A DNA stretch of 63,576 nucleotides, counting the filler, from Reticulomyxa filosa (lineage: Eukaryota > Protista > Foraminifera), in assembly GCA_000512085.1 (NCBI GenBank). It is 20 parts of 20 records of this genome, joined end to end, with 100 filler letters (N's around TTAATTAATTAA, not from the genome) between each part and the next. Parts side by side here need not be neighbours in the genome. Positions count along the whole stretch, not along the records: positions 1 to 1,473 come from ASPP01028685.1; positions 1,574 to 13,247 come from ASPP01014268.1; 18 more parts are not named here. One strand, 5' to 3'. The first letter of the stretch is position 1. The number at the start of each line of letters is the position of its first letter. Of this stretch, positions 1-11,200 are shown piece by piece. A program made the translations under genes and the position numbers. A model generated the notes under the pieces. It saw only the letters and a list, made by a program, of their open reading frames with translations. It ran no database searches and was not told the origin of the DNA.

Positions 1-962
1 TTTTTTTCATATTTATCGTAATGGACTGGCTACAGAAAATGATTTGGGTATTTATACCATTTTGATTTCACATTAATTACACTTCTTTAAATTTATTTTG
101 CTATTTAAATTGTTTGAAGAACATTGTGTTGTGGTTATGACATTTGAAAACATTGTTTGCAATGCAGAAAATACTTTGTAACTGTTTTTTTTTACAATCG
201 CCACTTATACATTTTTCTTGAAGACTACATTAGATTGTTCTATAAATGATTTGTAAACGTTTTTTTTTTTTTGGATAATTTAGTGCATAATCGACAAGAC
301 AAAGAGTTTCTTGTTGCTATGAAACCACTTATTGATCAAGAAACTACTTAATTAATAATTATCATTTATCACACGAGATATGCAACAAACTTTTTTATAT
401 TTTTTGTATTCTTTTTTAACTACTTGTCAAAAATTTTAGTTAAATTTTATGTTATTTTCTATAGAATATTTGACAATAGCATTTGGGTATATGTCGCATT
501 AAGTTATCTTATTGTAGCAAATATCATTTTACCATCTAAGTAATAAGTTAACTAGTCTAGCATAACTTTATAATCATAATCAAAGTAATATTAATTCAAT
601 ATAGATATATTTGTCAAAATCTCGACATCAACGCATTTACAAAATAACTGATATATTTGCGTATTCTTGATAAATTTTAGAGTTATCCAAACATTAAGAA
701 TTTATCCAAAATTAAAAAGTACAAAAAAAGATAATTTAAAATAAATTTTTATATATGTTACCCATTTCTCTGTCTTATTTGGTTATCTATTTAGGCAATA
801 GTGTTCACTACAAATTATGGAATAACGAGTGGTTAAGCATGTAACACACAAGTGTTTTACCTCAAAAAAAAAGGATAAATCCCAGCCAGATAATTTTTTG
901 TACCGAACACTTGCAAAAAAAAAAAGATCAGTTGTCTTGTGAATAATCCAACTTCGTCATCA

Positions 963-1451
963 ATGGCAACCGAAATGAAGACAAAAGAATCAAGTGTTGA
1001 AGACTCTACTTTAAAATTACGCCCGTTAGAAAAAGAGGATTTCAAGAAGGGATATTTAGAGTTGTTATCCCAACTAACACAAGTGGGCGAAATAACGGAG
1101 AAGCAATTCAATGAGACATTTGATGTGATCAACAGCAACAAAAGTTCACAAGTAATCTACGTGATTGAATCAACAACAGAAAAGAAGATCGTGGCAACAG
1201 GGACACTACTAGCGGAGCAAAAGTTCATCCACGGTTGTGGCAAATGTGGACATATTGAAGATGTCGTTGTGGACAATTCATATCGAGGCAAGCATTTTGG
1301 GCAGCGTATAATTTCAAAGCTGGTTGAAATAGCAAAAGCAGATGGAAAAATATATAAAGTGATACTGGACTGTAACGACAAGAATATTGAATTTTACAAA
1401 AAGTGTGGGTTTGATTGGAAGGGGAATGAGATGGCACTATATTTTAATTAA
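963..1451 (+). CDS. GNA1: Glucosamine-6-phosphate N-acetyltransferase (GNAT family)
   Basis: Intronless ORF with LRPL..EDF.KGYLELLSQLT, EQKFIHGCGKCGHIEDVVVD..YRGK.FG and YKVILDC..KNIEFYKKCGF motifs. First ATG is at 963. Confidence 0.93.
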   Translation: MATEMKTKESSVEDSTLKLRPLEKEDFKKGYLELLSQLTQVGEITEKQFNETFDVINSNKSSQVIYVIESTTEKKIVATGTLLAEQKFIHGCGKCGHIEDVVVDNSYRGKHFGQRIISKLVEIAKADGKIYKVILDCNDKNIEFYKKCGFDWKGNEMALYFN

Positions 1452-1473
1452 TTTTTTTTTTTTTTTTTTTTTT

Positions 1474-1573
1474 NNNNNNNNNNNNNNNNNNNNNNNNNNN
1501 NNNNNNNNNNNNNNNNNTTAATTAATTAANNNNNNNNNNNNNNNNNNNNNNNNNNNNNNNNNNNNNNNNNNNN
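1474..1573. other. Artificial contig spacer (44 N + TTAATTAATTAA + 44 N), first of 19
   Basis: Identical 100-bp spacers start at 1474, 13248, 16071, 18085, 19269, 20496, 23107, 26009, 31535, 34189, 37642, 42035, 44449, 47311, 48512, 52676, 53840, 57767 and 60485. The 12-mer places stops in all six frames. Confidence 0.99.
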
Positions 1574-1716
1574 AAAAAAAAAAAAAAAAAAAAGAGTCAA
1601 GAAAGTGAGTAGCAGTGTATATCCATAAATAAACACACGAAGGATTTTTGTTGTTGTTGTATGAAAAGGAGCTAGTTGTGTTTTGTGTTTGAAATGTCCG
1701 ATTAAAAAAAAAAAAG

Positions 1717-2370
1717 TCGACGAGTCAAATGGAACGAGCGCCACACACGAGCTATTGACAACCCCAAAGGGCAGTGTCATGGCCTTGTGTGGTGGTAGTG
1801 GTATGTTTGGAATGAGTTCAAACGAGTACTCTGTATCAAAGACAACTCCGATGCACAACAACAGCAGCGAAGGTCTGACCCCTTTGGGGTCGTCGTCGTC
1901 GTCGTCGTCGTCGTCGTACGTGGGATACGAACCCGAACCGTGGACATTCGATACGACGACACGTAGTGAGCCTTGCGGTTCTGTCTCCGCGTCAAGAGAC
2001 TTTGGTGCTGAAAATCAGGTGACATCACAAATGGACCCGGGTTTGTGTCCGCCCCCTTCCCAAGCTGGTTGGTCTTCTTCTGTCAATCCCCCCTCGCGCA
2101 TTGACGATACTAGCACGTCGGCATGGGCTCTTGTGCCGTCATCGCAACAGATCCCCGACAAAGTCGTGGACATACACTTCACTTCGCCGCCACAAGTACA
2201 ACGACTTCAAGCAAATGATGACGACGCAATGAGCCAGCATACGGAAATCACTTCTGACATTGAAGAGCGATCCGAGCCCGAGTATTATGAAACTTTGAAC
2301 GAAAGTAAGATTGAATCATATTTCAATTCAAATAATTAATATATACATATATGTATATATACATATATGT

Positions 2371-2401
<31 letters not shown>

Positions 2402-5400
2402 TAGATGTATATTTATGCGAGAAAAGCAAGAAACCAAAACAACCTCATTTTGGCAGTTGTCGCTGCGAACCGAAAGGGTTTGAGTGCTGTGGCAATAACT
2501 GCGACAATCGACTAATGAAAATGGAGTGCGTGGATTCAATGTGCCAGTGCGACGATCGTTGCACCAATCGACGATTTCAAAAGTGTGAATGGTGCAAATG
2601 TGAGGTGAGACCAGCTGGCAAAAAAGGATTTGGGCTGTATGCAAATGAAACGATCCGACGAGGTCAATTTGTGGTGGAATACGTCGGTGAAGTCATCGAT
2701 TCACTTCAATCGCAACGGCGTTTGCAACTCGAATATAAAGGCTCCAAGAAGTTTTATATTATTCGATTGGAAAAAGATTTACTCATTGACGCCACGAAAA
2801 AAGGAAACATTGGTCGTTTTGTCAATCACTCGTGTGATCCCAATTGTCAATCGGAGAAATGGTTATTATTATTATTATATTTTTATTTTTATTTTGTTTT
2901 GTTTTGTTTGAACAAAAAAAAAAAAAAAAGTTAGGTCGTGTCTCTCTCTCTCTCTCTCTGTATACATGGCCATACACATATCAGGATGGTAGGGAAAGAC
3001 TTACGCATTGGCTTCTTTGCACAAAGAACAATTGTTCCTGGCGAAGAAATTACAGTCGATTATAAATTCGAACGATTTGGTGGGACAAAGCAAAAGTGTC
3101 ACTGCGGTGCAAAGCACTGTCAGCGCTTCTTGGGCGTTCGGTCGAAAAAAAAAGTTGTTTGTTTCGACAATGTCTCAACTCAACAGTCCGTTCCTCCTAG
3201 TATCAACGCTGTCACGACAAAGTCGTCCCAATTGTCATCGTTGAATTTGTGGAAACAAATCCAAACCTCCAATGTACGCAAGCAAACCTCGCTCCATCGA
3301 ATTCGATGCATTTTAGATGCCATGTCGACATCTTCGAAACAGCTGTCTACTTTTCAATCGACTCACTTGTCCAATGTCGATGATGATTACAGAATGCCTT
3401 TTTACCGACCTCAATTGCACACTGCCATTGCTTTGCGCAAAGTTTTTTTTATTTCATTTTGTTTTATTTTGATTTCATGGACAATGTGTCAAATACGATG
3501 CACTCATTATAGTCGGAGTTTGCTCGCTCGATGAAAGACAAGTGCGACGATGGCAACACGGACTCTTGTGTACCAATGCCAACCAAAGACACATCCACTT
3601 TGGCGATGCACTCTGTCTTGCCATCGCAACGTATCGTCCGTCGATTGAATGAATTTTTATCGAATCAAGTCAGTTGCATTTATTTGTGTGTGTGTGTGTG
3701 TGTGACATAAACAAAAAAAAAAAAAAAACATAACACAAATCAAAATATGAACAAAGGGAATGAACATGTCTGTAAACCAAGTTCAGTCATTTTCATCCTC
3801 TCTCTTAAACTCGAGTTCGTTGCAGGAAGAGAACGAATCGGCGTCGATGGACACAACGAACAATGAGAGCGGAGAAGAAGGACCAAATAAAAACGCGGTG
3901 AAAACGAAAAGCTTGGTTTGCTCGATGACATCGCAAATGGTCTTTGAAGACGAAAACAGCGAGAAAAGGAAGAAAACATCTTCTCCATTACATTGCAAAA
4001 CAAAAGTAAGAAAGTTGAAACGACCAGAGATGATCGAGATCGGAGATCATGCGTTTTTGGAAAGCGACACATCTGCGTGTACTCGTTCCAATAAACGCAG
4101 TTCGACTTTAACGGCATTGGATTCAATCGCTTCTCTTCGTGCACAGCAGAAAAAACAAAAACGCAAAACGAGTTCCTCGAACATTAAAAGCTTTGCAAAT
4201 GGCAATGGGTCTCTACTGGAGATTAATGCTCATGTTCATGACAATCATAACGACAATAACAACAATAACAACAATAACAATAATAATAATAATCATCATA
4301 ATGGCGTTGAAACTAAATCATTCTCAAAGAGCATAACAATCAAGAAACCACGGGGTGATAGCATTTCAAAAAAAAAAGAAAACACAACCTATACAAATCG
4401 GAAATCTGATGCCACGGAAGAGTGCTGCGTATTGTGTGGAGCATTGCCACACCACTTTAAAACGTCGAATGCATGGAATCAGCATATCAAGTCCAAACAT
4501 GCATACGCATGCAAGAAGTGTCTCAGACGTTTTACAATGAATAAATTACTTGCACAACATTGCTACGATATTCATGGCCTTGAACGCAAAGCATTGCAAT
4601 CGAAGTTGAACAAAGAAAATACCCTGCTTATGAAAAAAAGCCAAAAAGCTCAAGATCTAACTGAATCGCACAAAGCAAACGCAAAACTAGTCAAAGCAGT
4701 TTCTTCGTCCATTGTCTGTTCGAAACCTGTCAAAAAAACAAGGAAAAATGTGCCATCTTGTCATTCGATCTCTTCTTCTGCTCACGCAGAGGAACAACAA
4801 GTGTTGTCGTCTTCCTCAACCAACGACATCCGTACCCATGCAACAGCACCACCATTACAACAACAGCAGCAACATAAACTCAACAAGATCAAAGATAGCA
4901 AAAAGGCAATTTCCGCTTTGCTACCAGATCAATCTTTGTCGCATTTCCAACACCACAAACTTGGCCACAAACATGTTATTTTGTGTCTCTTTCTTGTTCG
5001 TTTGTACAACGTCCGATAGAAACCAAGTTTGTCAGAATTCTTACAACAGACATGTACATGTCTATGCACAAACGTGGACACATAGAAGAGCAAAGAGCAG
5101 GCGAAAAAAAAAGACAAAGCGCAAGCACAAGTGACAAATGCAACAGATATCTCGAAACAAAGTGAAACAGTGAATACAGATAATACAGCAATGATGGCCA
5201 GCATTGAAACAAGCGAGATAATCAAAACGCCGACAAGCAGTGATACGTATGAGTCGTCTCCTGCATTGCTTCCTTCTCTTCCTGCTTGTGCTTCTCCCAT
5301 ACGCAGTTCTTCTCGTGATCGTTCCAACTCGGACACAACGAAAGAGAAGAACGACTCGCACATGAGCGAATTTGGCAAGGAACACGCATCTGGACAGGCC

Positions 5401-6945
5401 ATGGACAATGATAAAAAGGGACAATACGACAGGCTCGACCAAAGAGCCAATGTTCGAAATGCAATGCTAATCAATTGCGATTTGACACAAACCAAAGAAA
5501 TATTATTGACAAACTATCAAGTTCAATATGACACTACAGAAACGCAGTCAGCGTATCATGAACACGAGTCATTGAATCGACAATTGAACAGATCAAAAAA
5601 ATAGGCGATTTAGTCTCGCTTGCCCGTCGCTCCGCATCACTTTCGCACATGCACTGGTCTGTCTTATTTGGGGAAAATGCATGCAACTCAGTGCTGAATC
5701 AACAATTGCGCTTATGGAATCAACAACGATCCTCCCGTCCCTGTCTGGATACGACAAAGGAAATCACTTCAGCAAAAGCAAGGAAACGGACACTGAACGA
5801 ATCGCAGAAAGATGATGTCTATGGCGACATTGCTTTGGACCAAGATCATTGGAACAAACGGCGAAAAAAGAGGAAGTTCTTACGTTGCTCCGCACCCCTT
5901 CCACCAACAGTGAAAGTTCATTGTCTCCGAGGAACCACGGAGGCGTGGATCCCTTCCCAACACCACCTCTTCAAATCGAGGACAGCGAATGCTTTATTCC
6001 GAATCTCGTCACCTCCAAGTCGTCGAGTGAAAACGGAAGCGACAAACAGCCGTTTTATCATCAATCCCATGCGTCCAGCCATGTCATACCTCGATATAAC
6101 AATTTGACATTATTTATTGATCAAGTCCCAGAACAGGTTCAAATATCTTTGCTTGTATCGATATCACCGCACATATAACCACTTGCGACACACTAAAGAT
6201 GACAGCAGAGGAACTCAAGAGTCTGTTGAGTCGCTATGGCAGTGTGAAAGACGTACAAATTTACAAGAAACGAGTGGGAAGTTCCCAAAAGTGCAAAGTG
6301 CATGCCATTGCAACCTGCTTTCAGAAAAATATTTGTGATGTCATTATCAGCTCTCTCAACAGCTAAGCGCAGTCTTTTTCCTTGCTTGTCAAACAGAAAC
6401 AAAGGAAGTGGGGCCATCCTTTTTTTGGTACAGGAAAACAAGTTCCAGCAAAATTCAATAAGAAAGAACAGCACATAACTTTATTTGTTCGCATGCATGA
6501 TCCTGAAAGTGGAATGGTATGTACTTACATTTAAATATATACATTATATATATAGCACAATGCTATCAAATTGGTTATGTGCAAATACATTTGTTTGTTA
6601 CCAAAGAAAACACGCAGACCAATATCGAAGGATTTGGACGATCAACGTCAGACACAGGAAATGACTTCGCACAGAAATTTCGACTACAAGACACAACCCA
6701 ATCGAATGAAGCCAAAACACCCACGGTCTTACAACCAACATGACTGTCGACCACCCTTTCGAGATGGATACAGAAATGGATCCCGAGGAAGTACGCAATT
6801 TAAAGGAAAAACAAGAGGCCAACACAGATATCAAAGACAAATGGTACCAAATGACAAACATAATAGTCCGAAAATTGTTGGCGGCGTGTTTCACTATTCT
6901 ATTCATTCGTCTTATAACCGATCGATAAACGACCCACACTTTTAG
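1717..6945 (+). CDS. Multi-exon SET2/ASH1-like histone lysine methyltransferase (AWS-SET-postSET) with downstream C2H2 zinc fingers and an RRM-like exon set; 5' partial, exon boundaries approximate
   Basis: AWS cysteines; KGFGLYA..I..GQFVVEYVGEVI; GNIGRFVNHSCDPNC (about 2800-2850); GEEITVDY; post-SET CHCGAKHCQRFLG. Zinc fingers CVLC..H...H and CKKC..F....LL..H...IH at about 4425-4580. RRM-like TLFIDQVPEQ/MTAEELKSLLSRYGSVKDVQIY split by a GT-AG intron at about 6137-6198. The 3' half could be a separate gene. Confidence 0.75.
2338..2400. repeat. (TA)n microsatellite within an intron of the SET gene
   Basis: TA/CA dinucleotide run between GTAAG (2305) and TTAG (2404). Confidence 0.85.
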
Positions 6946-8242
6946 CTATACAAAATTCACTCTGCTGGATTACTTATAGAATCAATACGACAAAAAGGTT
7001 TGATCAATAGTGATAAGTCGTGAAGATTATTTATTTGGCTTCACGTTTTGTCCTCTTCCTGAAAACCCACAATGTGTGAAATGAAAATGCATAGTTTTTT
7101 TCCTTCAAAGATTCTGAAATGCTCTCTTTACGTTTAGACAAGACACGTAGACATCAAATAAAAAATTTCTTTTAATTTTTTTTGCTGCAGTGAATCGATC
7201 TTTTTTCAAAAAGCTTGAGAAATAATTACATTTCTCAACTTCATATGTTTCGTTTTTTTTTTGTCTATTTTGCTTTGTTTTTATTTGAGTTGTTTTTTTT
7301 TATTTATTAGTTCGGCTAATACCTTCAGCAAACATTGAAAAAATATAACACATCACAATTATATAAGCAAAAAAATAGCAAACCTAAAATGCCATTTTAT
7401 AAATATTTCATGTTTTTGATGAAGTAGTCAATTTCAGGTTTGATTTTTTTTATTTGGAGTGACTGATGCTTTTTTATTTTTTAATGTTTTTGTTTCTGCA
7501 AGTTTTTTTGACACATCGAACATAATTACACAGTATCAAGTATTTTTTTTGTTTGTTAATGCAACTTGCTCTGTGTCAGCTTGTGTTGTTATTTTAAAAT
7601 ATCATCTACCGCAAAAAAGCTCACACTAAAATCAATTCGCACATATTTGCTATTTTATTAATGAAAAATCAACATTTTAAAAAATAAATACTTAAGTGTA
7701 CGTAAAAACTACAAGGCCAGTAAAGGTGAATGACGTGATCGGCAAGTGACAACACACACAAAAAAAAAGAAGTTGATAACAACAAAAATGAAGTGCAATA
7801 AGAAAAGACTTGTTTTTTTATTGAGTGCAATGTCTTGCCATAAGCCAAGTATGATTAAACCTCTTAATTTTGGAGATTGATTTTATATCCGCTCTTGTAC
7901 AGACGAAATTTGTGATAAAAAAGGAAAATCTTTTTTAAAAAAATAAAAGAGAACGATACACTAACTCTAATTTCTAATTTTAGTCACTCGATTTTTTAAA
8001 GGGGTGAAATGCGCATTGTGACTGAGGCCTCACTGAACTTGTTGTGTACGTTTCTCCTCGCGTTTTTCAAACTTTCTTTGAAGCTTGCACCTTCATCTTG
8101 TTCTTCTTAAACGAGCAGCGTATTATTGGTTAATCTTTTTGTTTTTTTTCTCTTCAGTGTGTTTCTTAAAAGTCTACTTAAAGTGGCTTCGTTTTTTTTT
8201 GGTTCGTTTTTCCGTTTTCCGGCACTGTGTAAAAAATATTAG

Positions 8243-11200
8243 GTGGAATGCAACAAAAAAAGAAAATTTACAAGAGAAATAAAAGTATTAATAAAATTAT
8301 TTAAAGATAATATTAAAGAAGAAGAATTAATAAAATATCTTGAAGAAGCAAATGGAAATGTATCAATGGTAATTGAAAAAATAGTATCAATGTCAATGAT
8401 AGAACAAAATAATGAGAATAAAAATAAAGATAATGAAAATAAAGAGAATGAAGTATGTATAGATTATATGAGTGTATATATAAATATATAAATATATAAA
8501 TATATAAATATATTATTTAATAAATAATAGAATATGAATGAATTAAAAAAAGAAGAAGAAAAAATTGAAGTTGGAGAAATTAAAGCTGGTATTAATTTAC
8601 AAGGTTATTGTACAAATAATGATTGTTTAGTATCAAATGCAAAACTTCCAGTATGGATAAATGAAGGTTTTAAAGAAATAATATTAACATCTACTAATAT
8701 ATTATATAAATGTCCTGATTGTGAAAAAGATACAGTTACATCAATAATAAAAGTAATGTTTTTTAATTCAGAGCATTCTATTTATACAAATGATGGTTTA
8801 TTACATGAAAATAATTATAATTATCAATCTACATATTTAATTGAAAAAAAATCAGAATTAAGATATATATTAAAAGCAAATAAAATTAAACAACATGCAA
8901 ATAATGTAGAAGATTTAATAAAAAGAAGTGAAAATGCAATGATAAGTATAGAAATATTAAATTTAATAACAGAATTACAAAAATATGGTATTACTATTGT
9001 AAAACCATCAAAAATAAAAGATAAAATAAGATTAAATGAAAAAATTGAAATAGATTATAATGGTGATTTTAATAAAGTATTTGATATAGGAAGATTTACT
9101 ATATTATGTGATAATAAAACAAAATTACAAACAGCAGTAGAAGTAATGAAAAAAGCAGAAAAATTTAATTTAATAGTATCTGAAGATAAAGATTTTTTTA
9201 ATAAACAATCAAAAACACATCATCGTGTTCATAATATTAAATTATATGTACCAAAATATGATGTATATATAGAAATGCAAGCTACATTAAAAAATTTTAC
9301 AATATTAGAAGGATATACAATAATAGAAAATTATAAATTAAGTCATTTATTATATGAATATATTAGAATATGGAAATCAAATAATGAAGAAGAAGAAGAT
9401 TTTAAACAATCATGTTATGATATATTAACTAAAATTAATGATATTATTTGTGAATGGATAAATATAATAGATATTAAAAAAATTTCTAATCGTTATATAA
9501 CAAATTTACAAATAGATATATTAAAACCATTACAATTATTAAATAAAACAGATTTAGAAATTAATCAAAATATAATATTAAAAATATCATATTTTATATA
9601 TCAACAACTTTGTACATTTATTCCAAAAAAAGATAAAGGAAAAGCTATTTATGTTATTTTATATGATTTTTATAAAAAATATATTATTGGTGATAAAAAT
9701 CCTGCAAGTTGTATTGATTTTGCTTTATTATTACAAGAATCAACAAAAAAAGAAATACAAGAAGATTTTCAATTATTACAATCACTTGAAACTTATATTC
9801 CATTACAAGCAAATAATTATGCACATATGGATGGTGAAGAGTATGAAAAGGATAATACTTATGATTGTTATAAGCATGTTATTCAATTTTTAGAAGGAAA
9901 AAAGGAGGAAAAGGAAGAAAAGGAAGAAAAGGAAGAAAATGAAGAAAATGAAGAAAATGAAGAAAAAGAGCAGCAAGAACAAGTAGAACAAGTAAATCAA
10001 TTAGAACAATTAAAACAACAACCACAAAATAAAACAAAAATAATGATTATTCAAGGAAAATCTGGCTCAGGTAAAAGTCTATTTTGTAGACATTTAGAAG
10101 AAATATTATGGAATAATTATAATCATAATTCAAAACAACCTATTCCTATTTATATCTCATTACCAAAAGTTTATAATCAATATAATGAAAAAGATATCAT
10201 TCTACAATCATTAAAACTTAAAAATATTAATAAAGATATTATTAATATAATTCGTGAAAAAATATCATTTATATTTATTATGGATGGTTTTGATGAAATA
10301 TATGATTTTTATCGTAAAAATAATACACAAAAATATTTTTATGAAAGATTTCATTTAAATCAATGGAATGCAAATATTATTATTACTTGTAGAAATAAAG
10401 TATTAAATGAAGAAGATATTAATAATACTTTAATTGATATACATAAAAATTATAATATAATTACATCTATGACTTATTTATGGCCATTTACTAAACAACA
10501 AATGCATAATTATATTGAAAAATTTGTAAATATAGAAAAAAAAAATAATAATAATAATAATAATCATCGTCATCATCATTATCATCAACATTATCTTTCT
10601 CATGATAATTGGACTTCTCAACAATATGAAGAAACATTACAAAATTATCCTAATCTACAAAAAATGATTGAAGAACCTTTTCTTCTTCAACTCATTTTAA
10701 CTGTTTTACCTTTATTAATTCAACAATATGGTATTGGTAGTATTATATCAAAAGCACAAATTTATCAAGTATTTAATGATCAATGGATTGATATTCATAT
10801 ACATAATATAATTACAAAATTATCTAAATTACGTATTCAAATTAATTATCATAAAATTAAATCAACATTACAACAATATTGTCTTAATTTAGGATTAGAT
10901 ATGTTTTTTCAAGGAAATTTTATTGCTATTGAATCTGATATTCAATATGAAAATAATTATTCCAATAAATTAGATCCAATTAATGAAAATTATATAATAG
11001 ATGAAAAAAAAGAAATAAATAATGATAATCATAATATTAATATAACAATAAAAGATAAAGATATTTGGAATAAATATTTTAATGGTGATAGTATTGCTAA
11101 ATATATATTAAGAAGAATTGGTGATAATCAATATCAATTTTTACATAAATCTTGTCAAGAATATTATGCTGCACAAAACATTATTCTTGATCTTATTTCA

